Source: Candidatus Sysuimicrobium calidum
Lineage (GTDB): Bacteria > Sysuimicrobiota > Sysuimicrobiia > Sysuimicrobiales > Sysuimicrobiaceae
DNA: 64,000 bases
Direction: 5' to 3'
Assembly: GCA_031459935.1 (NCBI GenBank)
Contig: JAVKHN010000005.1
Coordinates: 8,102-72,101 of the forward strand
Positions 50,423 through 59,903 of this stretch are shown here, piece by piece. Made by a program: the position numbers and the translations under genes. The first letter of the stretch is position 1; the number at the start of each line of letters is the position of its first letter. Under the pieces are notes generated by a model. That model made no database searches and had not been told where the DNA came from. It worked only from the letters and a program-made list of their open reading frames with translations.

Positions 50423-52330
50423 ATGATGGCGGGAGAATCCGGTGGCGGCGCGAGGGACATCGTGGGTGAATCCAGGGCTGTGTGCGTGGCCTTCGAGGGC
50501 GAGCCGCCCAGGCGCGTGGCGGTCCCCCCGGGGACCACCCTCCTGGAGGCTGCCCAGGTGGCGGGTGTTCCCATCGAGGCCACCTGCGGCGGCCGGGGCC
50601 GGTGCCGCAGCTGCCGGGTCCAGATCCGCACAGGATCTCCCCCTCCTCCCACTCTGGCGGACCGTCTCCAGCTGGGCGAGGACGAGATCCACGAGCGGTT
50701 CCGCCTCGCCTGCCAGGCTACGGTGTGGGAGGACGTGGGGGTGGCTGTGGCACCCCCACGGGAGGAGAGGGCTTTTCAGATCCTCACGGAGACCCGAGGA
50801 GCGGGGCTGGAGGCGCTGGACCCGGGAGTGCGGAAGATCCTCGTGCGCGGCTTTTCGGAGGCCGTTCAAGAGGAGGCGGGGCGCGCCCGGATGGAGGAGG
50901 TGCTGCGGCAGCTCGCGCAGCCTGTGGAGCGCGTGGAGGTCGAGGCGGTGCGGAGCGTGGCGCGGCTTTTGCGTGAAGCGCCGGAGGCGGTGACTGCGGT
51001 GCTCTACGGAAACGATCTGCTCCAGGTGGAGGCCGAGGACACCACGGGGGAGCTGTACGGGTTCGCGGTGGACATTGGCACCACCACCGTGGTGGGCTAC
51101 CTGCTGGATCTGCGGGAAGGGGAGGTGCGCGCCACGGTGACCGCGTTGAATCCCCAGTCCAGCTACGGCGGGGATCTCATGTCCCGCATCGCCTTCGTCC
51201 AGCAGGAGCCGGGCAACGTCCGAAGGCTCCACACCCGGGCGATCCAGTGCGTGAACGGGCTTCTGGAGGAAGCGTGCCACAAGGCGGGCATCGCCCGGGA
51301 TCGGATCTACAAGGTGGTGGTGGTGGGCAACACCATCATGCACCACCTGTTCCTGGGGGTGGACCCGAGTTCCGTGGGGCGGGCGCCCTACCTTCCCCTG
51401 GTGCGTGCGCCGGTTCGGGTGCGGGCCCAGGAGCTCGGGCTACGGCTCCCCCCCCAGACCCCTGTGCTTCTGCTGCCCCTGGTGGCGGGGTTTGTGGGCG
51501 CGGATGCGGTGGGGATGGTGCTCGCGACCCGGATCTTCGAGGGCCAGCAGGTGCGGCTTGCCGTGGACATCGGCACAAACGCGGAGGTGGTCATCGGGTC
51601 CCGCGTGCGCCTCGCCGCATGCTCCGCCCCAGCCGGTCCCGCCCTGGAGGGCGCTCAGATCCGGTGGGGCATGCGGGCCGCGCAGGGAGCGGTGGACCGG
51701 GTCTGGATCGGGGAGGGGGTGCGCTACCGCGTGATCGGAGGGGGACCGCCCACCGGCATCTGCGGGTCTGGACTCGTGGACGCGGTGGCGGGATTGCTGG
51801 AGGTAGGGGTTCTGGAGCCTTCGGGCCGGCTGCTGGTGGATCCTCCCGCGCACCTGCCTGAGGCGGTGCGGAGGCGGGTGACGGTTCTCCCCGATGGACA
51901 GCCCGCCTTCGTCTTGGTCCCCCGGGAGGAGAGCGGGGCGGGAGAGGACATCGTGGTGACCCAGACGGACATCCGTCAGGTGCAGCTCGCCAAGGGCGCC
52001 ATCCGCAGCGGGATCACGGTGGTGGAGCGCTACCTGGGGATAGAGGACCGGGACCTCGCGGGGGTGCTGCTCGCGGGGGCCTTCGGGAACTACCTGCATC
52101 TGCCCAGCGCCATCCGGATCGGCCTGATCCCGCCTCTCCCGCAGGATCGCATCGTCTATGTAGGGAACGCCGCGGGTTTGGGAGCGCAGCTCGCCCTGCT
52201 TTCGGAGCGAGAGGGCCGCCGCGCGGAGGAGCTGGCGCGCCGCATCGAGCACGTGCCCCTGGCGGCCCAGCCGGATTTCCACGAGGTCTTCCTCCGGTCC
52301 GTGCGATTCCCGGATTCGCCCACCTCCTGA
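50423..52330 (+). CDS. RACE-type reductive activator of corrinoid enzymes (2Fe-2S ferredoxin + ASKHA ATPase)
   Basis: N-terminal plant-type ferredoxin cysteines (CGGRGRCRSCRV ... C), DUF4445/ASKHA domain (FAVDIGTTTVVGYL, LAVDIGTNAEVVIG, GICGSGLVDAV). 635 aa. Confidence 0.8.
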   Translation: MMAGESGGGARDIVGESRAVCVAFEGEPPRRVAVPPGTTLLEAAQVAGVPIEATCGGRGRCRSCRVQIRTGSPPPPTLADRLQLGEDEIHERFRLACQATVWEDVGVAVAPPREERAFQILTETRGAGLEALDPGVRKILVRGFSEAVQEEAGRARMEEVLRQLAQPVERVEVEAVRSVARLLREAPEAVTAVLYGNDLLQVEAEDTTGELYGFAVDIGTTTVVGYLLDLREGEVRATVTALNPQSSYGGDLMSRIAFVQQEPGNVRRLHTRAIQCVNGLLEEACHKAGIARDRIYKVVVVGNTIMHHLFLGVDPSSVGRAPYLPLVRAPVRVRAQELGLRLPPQTPVLLLPLVAGFVGADAVGMVLATRIFEGQQVRLAVDIGTNAEVVIGSRVRLAACSAPAGPALEGAQIRWGMRAAQGAVDRVWIGEGVRYRVIGGGPPTGICGSGLVDAVAGLLEVGVLEPSGRLLVDPPAHLPEAVRRRVTVLPDGQPAFVLVPREESGAGEDIVVTQTDIRQVQLAKGAIRSGITVVERYLGIEDRDLAGVLLAGAFGNYLHLPSAIRIGLIPPLPQDRIVYVGNAAGLGAQLALLSEREGRRAEELARRIEHVPLAAQPDFHEVFLRSVRFPDSPTS

Positions 52331-52416
52331 CCGGTCTCCGGAAACCCGTCGCGCGAGGCCTTGTCTGGTAAATACCTCATATGCATGGTGTTACCCTAGA
52401 TCTTGCTCAGGAAATT

Positions 52417-52430
52417 GCATATCATTGTTG
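52417..52430. promoter_or_regulatory. candidate GntR-type operator (GTTGTACAAAC) in AT-rich region upstream of the GntR gene
   Basis: TTGTACAA perfect palindrome (GT-N-AC core typical of GntR/HutC operators) ~35 nt upstream of the TTG start, within a locally AT-rich 130-nt stretch (52331-52461). Confidence 0.3.
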
Positions 52431-52461
52431 TACAAACCAGGAGCATATTTGGTGAGCCCTG

Positions 52462-53277
52462 TTGGAGGAGAGGGTAACCCTGGAGAAAGTCATCCAGGGG
52501 CTCCGGGAGGTCGTCCGGGAGTCAAGCCGGGTTCCCCGCTACGAGCGCCTGGCGGCGCACCTGGCGCGGAGGATTGAGGAGGGAGTCCTTTCCCCGGGGA
52601 GCGCCCTCCCACCCGAGCCGGACCTCGCCAGCCTGCTCGGGGTAAGCCGGCAGACCGTGAGCCAGGCGCTCGCGGCCCTGGCCCGGCGTGGGCTCGTGCG
52701 AAGGAAGCGGGGAGTGGGAACCTTCGTGGTCCCGCCGCCGGTTGAGCAGCCTCTCGGGAGCCTTTACAGCCTGCTGCGGACCCTCACCACCGAGGGGCGG
52801 ACGGTCTCCACCCGGTTGCTCGGGTGGCGGGTCACCGTAGAGGACGAGGCCTCCTCTCTGTTAACCGGCAATCCGGAGGGGCTCGTATACGAGCTCACAC
52901 GGCTCCGGCTGGTAGACGGGGAGCCCCTTGCCCTGGAGGTGATCTACCTGCCCGCAGCCTGCGCAGAGCGCCTCCCTCTCGACCGTTTGGCGCAGGCGCC
53001 CCTTTATGACCTCCTGCGGGAGCGGTGCGGGATCGTGGTGACGCACGGGGAGGAAACGCTGCAGCCGGTTGCCCTGGAGAGAGCCGCCGCGGCGCTTCTG
53101 GAGGTGGAGGCGGGAGCGCCTGCCTTTCTCGTGGAGCGTGTCGCTTACGCGGGGCCTGACCGCCCCGTGGAGCTGCGCCGCAGCCTCTTCCGGGGTGACC
53201 GCTATCGATTTCGGGTCCGGCTTGAGGGTCTCCTGACGGAGGTTCCGGACACTCCAGGGGCCGGAGGGGGGCGGTGA
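52462..53277 (+). CDS. GntR/HutC-family transcriptional regulator (wHTH + UTRA domain)
   Basis: TTG start. ...LPPEPDLASLLGVSRQTVSQALAALARRGLVRRKRGVGTFV HTH, then UTRA effector domain. Confidence 0.8.
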   Translation: MEERVTLEKVIQGLREVVRESSRVPRYERLAAHLARRIEEGVLSPGSALPPEPDLASLLGVSRQTVSQALAALARRGLVRRKRGVGTFVVPPPVEQPLGSLYSLLRTLTTEGRTVSTRLLGWRVTVEDEASSLLTGNPEGLVYELTRLRLVDGEPLALEVIYLPAACAERLPLDRLAQAPLYDLLRERCGIVVTHGEETLQPVALERAAAALLEVEAGAPAFLVERVAYAGPDRPVELRRSLFRGDRYRFRVRLEGLLTEVPDTPGAGGGR

Positions 53278-53281
53278 GCCC

Positions 53282-54127
53282 GTGCTGAGCTTCGGCCTCT
53301 TCGTGGGAGGAATTTTTCTCGTCTCCGCGGTGGCCGGGCTGCTGGGCTCTCTCGTAGGCCTGGGGGGCGGTGTGCTCCTCATCCCGCTCCTCACCGTGGG
53401 GTTCGGGATGGACTTCCGGCTCGCGGTGGGGACCAGCATCGTCTCCGTCATCGCCACGAGCAGCGGGGCCGCGGCCGCCTACCTCCGAGACCGGCTTACC
53501 AACCTGCGGGTGGGAGTCCTCCTGGAGCTCTGTACGACGCTGGGAGCCATCAGCGGGGCCCTGCTCGCACCGCGCGTGCGGGAGACGGTCCTCTTTGTAC
53601 TCTTCGGGAGTCTTCTCCTCCTCTCCATCGTGCCCACGGCCGCGAAGCTCGGGGAGGAGATCCCCCAGGGCGTCCGGAACGATGCCCTGGCCAGCTGGCT
53701 CCGGCTCGCCTCCTCCTACCCGGACCCCGCCACCGACAGCCCGGTCTCCTACCAGGTCACCCGCGTCCCGCTCGGGATGCTGATGATGTACGGCGCGGGG
53801 GTGGCTTCAGGACTGCTGGGAATCGGTTCCGGCGCGCTCAAGGTTCTGGCCATGGACACCGCCATGCGCCTTCCCCTGAAGGTAAGCACCGCCACCAGCA
53901 ACTTCATGATTGGGGTCACCGCGGCTGCGAGCGCGGGGATCTACTTCTGGCGCGGGGATATCCCGCCCCTCGTGGCCGCGCCCGTGGCCCTGGGGGTGCT
54001 CGTGGGCGCCACCGCAGGGGCGAGGTTGCTCGCACACTTGACCAACCGGACGGTGCGCTGGGTGTTCGTGCCGATCCTGGGGCTTGTGGCCGTGGAGATG
54101 ATCCTGCGTGGGATCGGGGGGATGTAG
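53282..54127 (+). CDS. TauE/SafE-family (DUF81) sulfite/anion exporter
   Basis: 281 aa. 7-8 TM helices with duplicated GxGGG motifs (GLGGGVLLIPLL, GIGSGALKVLAM). Confidence 0.8.
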   Translation: MLSFGLFVGGIFLVSAVAGLLGSLVGLGGGVLLIPLLTVGFGMDFRLAVGTSIVSVIATSSGAAAAYLRDRLTNLRVGVLLELCTTLGAISGALLAPRVRETVLFVLFGSLLLLSIVPTAAKLGEEIPQGVRNDALASWLRLASSYPDPATDSPVSYQVTRVPLGMLMMYGAGVASGLLGIGSGALKVLAMDTAMRLPLKVSTATSNFMIGVTAAASAGIYFWRGDIPPLVAAPVALGVLVGATAGARLLAHLTNRTVRWVFVPILGLVAVEMILRGIGGM

Positions 54128-54514
54128 GTGAGAACCCGCTCCGCACTGGAGCGCATCGGCTTTCTCCTCCGGGCGGGGGTCGCGGTGGCCGGGGCTGTTC
54201 TGGTGCTGGGCCTCGTGGCCTTCTTCCTGTACGGTCCGCCGGGAGACCTTCCCCATCCCGAGCTCCTCCGGCACGGCGCCGCCACCACCCCTCTGCACCT
54301 CCTCCGCGGTCTTGCCCGCGGGGATCCCACGGCCATCCTCCAGCTGGGTCTCCTCCTGCTCATCCTGACACCGATCCTCCGGGTGGCCATGACCGTCTTT
54401 GTGTTCGCCGCGGAGGGCGACTGGATCTTTGTCAGCATCGCCGCGGGGGTGCTGGTCCTCCTGCTCCTGGGCTTGGGGGGATTCGGTGGGGGGCTGCTCC
54501 CCATTTCCCCCTGA
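54128..54514 (+). CDS. DUF1634 membrane protein (TauE partner)
   Basis: GTG start 1 nt after the TauE stop. 128 aa, three TM helices. Common genomic partner of DUF81. Confidence 0.6.
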   Translation: MRTRSALERIGFLLRAGVAVAGAVLVLGLVAFFLYGPPGDLPHPELLRHGAATTPLHLLRGLARGDPTAILQLGLLLLILTPILRVAMTVFVFAAEGDWIFVSIAAGVLVLLLLGLGGFGGGLLPISP

Positions 54515-54573
54515 TGCGGCCTTGTATGGAACGTGCGGGGCTGGGCAGAGGGTGCTGGGCGCAAATGGCAAGG

Positions 54574-55441
54574 AGGTCCGGCTATGTCCGTAGAGCTCGT
54601 GCTGCTGGGAACCGGGGTCATCCGGCCGGATCCGGAACGGTCCGGCCCCGCGACCCTCCTGCGGTTCGGCGAGGAACGCATCCTCGTGGACTGCGCGGAG
54701 GGCACCACCCTGCAGCTCCTGCGGGCGGGGATCCCGCCCCAACAGGTGAAGACCGTGTTCTTCACCCATCTGCACGCGGATCACATCCTCGGGTACCCCT
54801 ACTTCGTGATCGCGGGCTGGAGCGACGGGCGCCGGGTCTTGCGGGTGTACGGTCCGCCGGGGACCGCCCGGATGCACGCCCTGCTCTTCGAGGAGCTCCT
54901 CGCGGAGGACCTGGCGTACCGGGTCTCCACGGGCCGTCCCCCGAACGGGTTGCTGCGGGACGTCGCGGTGCATGAGCTCTCCCCGGGGCCCGTGGGTTAC
55001 CCCGGGGACGTCAAGGTCTTCGCCTTCGAGACCGTGCACTCCGCCTGCAACCTCGCGTACCGGTTCGAGCACCCGGAGGGCTGCGTGGTGGTCTCCGGGG
55101 ATACGGCGTATTTCGAGCCCCTCTCGGAGTTCGCCCGGGGCGCGGACGTCTTCGTTCTGGAGTGCTCCCTGGTGGAGGGGGCGCGGCGGACCGTCTACCG
55201 GGGTCCTGAGGGGGAGCGGGTCTGGCAGCACCTTCAGACCCAGCACCTCACCGCGCGTGAGGCAGGCCTGCTGGCCCGATCCGCGGGAATTCCCCGGCTG
55301 GTGCTCAACCATCTTCCCCGCGGCGTGGACCCGGAGGAGATTGCCGCGGAGATTCGGACGGTGTACGATGGCGAGGTGATCGTGGGGGAGGACTTACTTG
55401 TGGTCCCCCTGCGGGGTTCGGTGCGCCGGAAGTCCGGATGA
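54574..55441 (+). CDS. MBL-fold metallo-hydrolase (RNase Z/ElaC-like)
   Basis: Starts MSVELVLLGTGVIRPDPERSGPATLL after RBS AGGAGGT. HLHADH (HxHxDH) motif. Confidence 0.8.
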
Positions 55442-55551
55442 GGCTGGGGCGCGGGTGGGCGGTTTTTGTGGCCATTGTTCTCGGGGGCGGATTCGCAGGT
55501 ACGTTTCGCCTCTAGAGCCCTGCGTTTCCCTACGGTGGCCGGATTCCAAGC

Positions 55552-55947
55552 GTGCACACCTGTGACGGCCGGGACGTCTCTCCGCCTCTCCGGTGGGAGG
55601 GAGCCCCACCGCAAACCCGCAGCTTCACCCTCATCCTGGAAGACCCCGATGCGCCGGGCGGGACCTTCACGCACTGGGTGCTCTTCGACATCCCAGTTCA
55701 CCACACCGGGCTTCCCGAGGCACTGCCCGTGGGTCGGGTGGGCAGATCCGGAATCACGAGCTTCGGACGCACGGGCTACAAAGGCCCCTGTCCGCCGGGC
55801 GGAGTCCACCGGTACGTCTTCATCCTGTACGCCCTCAGCGTCCCGCGTCTGGGATTGCCGGAGGGAAGCCCTCGGAGTTCGGTGGAACGAGCCATGCGTT
55901 CTCGCGTGCTGGCTCAGGCGCGCTACATGGGCCGGTACGGGCGATAA
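55552..55947 (+). CDS. YbhB/YbcL-family PEBP (Raf-kinase-inhibitor-like) protein; upstream in-frame signal-peptide segment separated by a TAG codon
   Basis: Track ORF begins GTG ...HTCDGRDVSPPLRWEGAPPQTRSFTLILEDPDAPGGTFTHW (PEBP motifs DPDAP, HW). In the same frame upstream: ATG ~55438 (ATGA-coupled to the MBL gene) MRLGRGWAVFVAIVLGGGFAGTFRL-TAG-SPAFPYGGRIPSV. That is a signal peptide plus the conserved SPAF..G..IP..YTCDG lead-in, interrupted by one amber codon at ~55513-55515. Confidence 0.65.
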   Translation: MHTCDGRDVSPPLRWEGAPPQTRSFTLILEDPDAPGGTFTHWVLFDIPVHHTGLPEALPVGRVGRSGITSFGRTGYKGPCPPGGVHRYVFILYALSVPRLGLPEGSPRSSVERAMRSRVLAQARYMGRYGR

Positions 55948-56068
55948 GCGGAGAACAGGCATCCGCCGTCCCCCAATCCATCGTGGGCCAGGGGCTCCTG
56001 GGATCACGGACGCACCACCTGGCAGGAACCCGGCAGGAGGACGCGAATCCCTGTTTGGCAAACCGGCT

Positions 56069-56434
56069 ATGCCGCCTACTGCCATCAACCTGGGGATCAC
56101 GAGCGCCCAGCGGCTTGTGGCCCTGCTGGTCCTCCACTTCCTCGAAGGGGCTTCGGGGCTCAGCGAGGCGGACCTCCTGCGGAGGATCCGGGAGCTGGGT
56201 GGGGAGGGGTTCTGGGTCCCCAACAAGGGCACGGTCTCCAAGGTGGTCCGGGGCCTCCTCGCGGAGGGCTACGTGGAGGGGCACTGGGTGAACCCCGAGG
56301 GCCGCCGGCGGTGGGCCCTCTCCATCACCGACGCGGGCCGCATCCACCTGCGGGTGCTGAAGCGGGAGTTCCGGAAGCGCCTGGACGCAGGCCGGCGGTT
56401 CTTCGACCGGACGGTGCGGGAGCTGTACGGCTGA
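56069..56434 (+). CDS. PadR-family transcriptional regulator
   Basis: [42 protein letters not shown]...[19 protein letters not shown]. wHTH of the PadR type, ~121 aa. Confidence 0.7.
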   Translation: MPPTAINLGITSAQRLVALLVLHFLEGASGLSEADLLRRIRELGGEGFWVPNKGTVSKVVRGLLAEGYVEGHWVNPEGRRRWALSITDAGRIHLRVLKREFRKRLDAGRRFFDRTVRELYG

Positions 56435-56520
56435 GGAGCCAACAGGCTAGCCCGCTCCGGGACCCGGCACGGAGTTTGCAACGCCTCCCTCCGGATCACG
56501 GTGGCAGAGGAGGGAGGAAC

Positions 56521-58596
56521 GTGCTGGCAAACCTTCGGGTGCCGGTGAAGCTCGCGATCCTGGGGGCCGCGGGGTTGGTCGTGAGCCTTGTGCTCGGGGC
56601 CCTGCGCCTCGCCTACGACGCGTCCGTGCTCGGCACCGCGCGGCGGGAGGCCGCGGGCGCGGAGGTCGTGGAGGCCCTGAGCTTCCTCTTCCAGCAGGTG
56701 GCCCTGCACCGGGGGCTCTCGGTGCAGCAGCTGAGTGGCCGGGACGTGGCCCACAAGCTCGCGCAGGCCCGGGAAGGAGTGGAGCGGACCCTGGAAGCGC
56801 TTGCGGCGCTGGACCGGCGGTACGGCGGGCAGCTGCGCACCACGGAGGCCCTGGGGCGGATCCGGGAGGAGTGGAACCGGATCGTCTCCGACCTCCCGCG
56901 GCTCGGGGCAGACGAGAGTTTTGAGCGCCACTCCGCGCTCGTCCGCCGGATCCTCGATTTGATCTACCATGTGGGCGCCACCTCCGGCATCACCCTGGAT
57001 CCGCACGCGGACGGCCTGTACCTGGGAAACGCGGTCCTGGAGCCGCTTCCGGAGGCCATCGAGGCCATGGGGAAGCTGCGGGCCCGGGGCGCTGGGATCC
57101 TCGCGCGGGGGCAGGCGAGCCCGGAGGAACGGGCGGAACTGCAGGGGTGGGTCGAGGCCGTGCAGACCAACCAGGCGCACTTCGAGCGGCAGCTCGGCCT
57201 CGCGCAACAGGCCTCTGCGCGCATCCGGTCCGCCCTGGAGCCGAAGCTGGGACCGGCCCGGGAGCAGCTGGAGGGTTACCTCCGCGCCGCGGAGGACCGG
57301 ATCGCCCGCGCGAATGCCTTCACCCTCACCCCGGATGAATACTTCGCCCAGGCCACCCAGGCCATGGACGCTCAGTTCGAGCTGTTGCGGGAGGCCACCC
57401 GGGTGCTTCGGGAAGTCCTGCAGGCTCGCGCGGCGCAGGCCCGGGTGCGCATGCTCGGCATGAGTGGCTTCCTCACCCTGCTGCTCCTCGGCACCGCCCT
57501 GCTCGCCGTGCGCATCAGCCGCAACATCACCCGGTCCCTGGGGCAGGTGGTATCGGCCCTGGAGCGGGTGGGCCAAGGGGATCTCCAGGTGCGGCTGGAG
57601 GTGGGGGGCCGGGACGAGATCGCACAGGTGGCCGGGGCCTTCAACCGCATCGTCTCCTGGCTGCACGAGACCGTAGGCAGGGTGCACGGGGTCTCGAGCA
57701 CCCTCACCGCCTCCGCGGAGGAGATGGCAGCTACCAGCGAGCAGACGAACCGCAGCGTCTCGGAGATCGCCACCGCAGTTCAAGGCGTCTCCCAGGGCGC
57801 GGAGGTACAGGCCCGGAAGGTGGGAGAGGTGGTGCAGGCCATCCAGCACACGACGCAGGCCCTGGAGGAAGCGGCCCGGGAGGCCGCGGACACCGCCCAG
57901 GCCGCTGACCAGGCGCGCTCAGCCGCGGCGCACGGCCGGGAGCAGGTGGAGGAGGCCCGGGCCGCCATGGCGGGGATCCGGGAGGCTGCGGAGGAGATGG
58001 GTCGGGTGATTGGGGCGCTCCAGGAGCGGGGTCGGAACATCGGGCGGATCGTGAAGTTGATCACGGAGATTGCGTCGCAGACGAACCTGCTGGCGCTCAA
58101 TGCGGCGATCGAGGCGGCCCGGGCTGGGGAGCAGGGGCGTGGGTTTGCGGTGGTGGCGGAGGAGGTCCGGAAGCTGGCGCAGGAGAGCGCGCAGGCGGCG
58201 GAGCAGATCGCGGGGATTCTGGAGGAGATCCAGGGGGAGACCCAGCGGGCCGTGCAGGCCATGGAACAGGGCGCGCAGGAGGTGGCGTCCGGGGTGAGGC
58301 TCGTGGACGAGGCCGGAGAGGCCTTCCAGCGGATCCGCGCAAGCGTCCATGACGTCACCGCCCGGGTGGAAGGGATCTCCGCGGCCACCCAGCAGCTCGC
58401 GGCAAGCGCCCAGCAGATCGAGGGGATCGTAGCGCAGCTGCTGCAGCTCGCGCAGCAAAATAGCGCCTCCGCGGAGGAAGTGAGCGCGGCCACGGAGCAG
58501 ATCTCCAGCAGCACCCGGGAGGTCTCCCACAGCGCCCAGCGCCTGGCTCAGGCGGCCGGAGCGCTGGAACGGCTCGTGGCCCGGTTCACGGTGTAG
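56521..58596 (+). CDS. methyl-accepting chemotaxis protein
   Basis: GTG start. N-terminal TM, ligand-binding region, second TM, HAMP, highly conserved signalling hairpin ([40 protein letters not shown]). Confidence 0.9.
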   Translation: MLANLRVPVKLAILGAAGLVVSLVLGALRLAYDASVLGTARREAAGAEVVEALSFLFQQVALHRGLSVQQLSGRDVAHKLAQAREGVERTLEALAALDRRYGGQLRTTEALGRIREEWNRIVSDLPRLGADESFERHSALVRRILDLIYHVGATSGITLDPHADGLYLGNAVLEPLPEAIEAMGKLRARGAGILARGQASPEERAELQGWVEAVQTNQAHFERQLGLAQQASARIRSALEPKLGPAREQLEGYLRAAEDRIARANAFTLTPDEYFAQATQAMDAQFELLREATRVLREVLQARAAQARVRMLGMSGFLTLLLLGTALLAVRISRNITRSLGQVVSALERVGQGDLQVRLEVGGRDEIAQVAGAFNRIVSWLHETVGRVHGVSSTLTASAEEMAATSEQTNRSVSEIATAVQGVSQGAEVQARKVGEVVQAIQHTTQALEEAAREAADTAQAADQARSAAAHGREQVEEARAAMAGIREAAEEMGRVIGALQERGRNIGRIVKLITEIASQTNLLALNAAIEAARAGEQGRGFAVVAEEVRKLAQESAQAAEQIAGILEEIQGETQRAVQAMEQGAQEVASGVRLVDEAGEAFQRIRASVHDVTARVEGISAATQQLAASAQQIEGIVAQLLQLAQQNSASAEEVSAATEQISSSTREVSHSAQRLAQAAGALERLVARFTV

Positions 58597-58679
58597 CGCC
58601 CGGCTTGCGGCACGGTTTTTGCATAATGTTCGGACGCGAGCCCCCTTGGGATCCTCGCAACCGGAACGGATCGGGCGCG

Positions 58680-59855
58680 ATGCCGGCTGTGGCCATCACG
58701 AGTGCTGCGGAATCCTTCGCAAGCCCCTTACGGGGCCTCGGCGTCCTTGTGGTGGACGGGCAGGGCCTGCTGGAGGCCGCGGCGACGCGATTTGAGCAAG
58801 AGGGAGCGAGCGTCTTGATGGACCGGGGGAAGGATCCGGCCGCGGCCCACGTGGTGGTGACCGCGGATCCGAGGACGGTACCGGAACTGGTGGCCGCCTT
58901 TCCAGGCTGCCCGGTGCTCGTGGTGCACCCGGAAGGGACCGTGGAGGAGGCGGTGGTCGCGGTGCGCAACGGCGCCCTGGACTTCCTCACGGGGCCCGGG
59001 TGGGAGGAGCGGCTTTTCGTCCGGGTGCTGGAGCTGGCGCAGGAGCGGCGGTTACGGGAGGAGCGGGCTCGCCTGCAGACGGACCTGGCCCGGGCGTACC
59101 GCTTCGACGGCGTGGTGGGGACGAGCCCCGCCATGCTGGAGGTCCTGCGGGTGGCCTCCATCGTGGCCCCCACAGACGCCACGGTGCTGCTCGTGGGCGA
59201 GAGCGGCACAGGTAAGGAGCTGGTGGCGCGATCCATCCACCTGCAGAGCCGCAGGGCCAGCGGGCCGCTGGTGGTGATGCACTGCGGTGCCATCCCCGAG
59301 ACCCTGCTGGAGACGGAGATCTTCGGTCACGAGAAAGGCGCGTACACTCACGCGCTCACCTCCCGGCCGGGGAAATTCGAGCAGGCCCACGGGGGCACCA
59401 TCTTCCTGGACGAGGTGGGCGAGATGTCGCCCCGCATGCAGGTGAAGCTGCTGCGGGTGCTGCAGGAGCGGGTGGTGGAGCGGGTGGGTGGCACCCGGCC
59501 CATCAAGGTGGACTGTCGGGTGGTGGCGGCCACCAACCGGGACCTCGTGCGGATGGTGCAGGAGGGGACCTTCCGGGAGGACCTGTACTACCGGCTTAAC
59601 GTGGTCACCCTGCGGCTTCCGCCTCTCCGGGAGCGGATGGAGGACGTGCCCCTGCTCGCGGAGTTCTTCGTGCAGAAGTACCGCAAGCAGACCGGTAAGC
59701 CCGTGCGGGGACTGCGGGAGGCGGCTCTGCGCAAGCTCCTGGAGTACCCGTGGCCCGGGAACGTGCGGGAGCTGGAGGCGGTGATCCACCGGGCCGTCAT
59801 CCTGGCCCAGGACGAGTGGATCGGCGCCGCGGACGTCCGGCTGGACGGGGCCTAA
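58680..59855 (+). CDS. sigma-54-interaction-domain (NtrC-type AAA+) activator with degenerate receiver and no C-terminal HTH
   Basis: GESGTGKE Walker A, GAFTGA-like loop region (EIFGHEKGAYTHA), ESR motif, arginine fingers. Ends ~15 aa after the AAA+ domain without an obvious Fis-type HTH. Confidence 0.75.
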   Translation: MPAVAITSAAESFASPLRGLGVLVVDGQGLLEAAATRFEQEGASVLMDRGKDPAAAHVVVTADPRTVPELVAAFPGCPVLVVHPEGTVEEAVVAVRNGALDFLTGPGWEERLFVRVLELAQERRLREERARLQTDLARAYRFDGVVGTSPAMLEVLRVASIVAPTDATVLLVGESGTGKELVARSIHLQSRRASGPLVVMHCGAIPETLLETEIFGHEKGAYTHALTSRPGKFEQAHGGTIFLDEVGEMSPRMQVKLLRVLQERVVERVGGTRPIKVDCRVVAATNRDLVRMVQEGTFREDLYYRLNVVTLRLPPLRERMEDVPLLAEFFVQKYRKQTGKPVRGLREAALRKLLEYPWPGNVRELEAVIHRAVILAQDEWIGAADVRLDGA

Positions 59856-59903
59856 GGTTGTGCGCGGCACGGGAGTTGCAATCCCACGGGGGGAGGCAGC
59901 TGC

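Noticed and set aside
55513-55515. TAG in the PEBP gene as a pyrrolysine codon
   Set aside because: The corrinoid methyltransferases here are URO-D and pterin types, not the Pyl-containing MttB/MtbB/MtmB families. No pylTSBCD-like genes in the window. Nonsense mutation, sequencing error or readthrough is more parsimonious.
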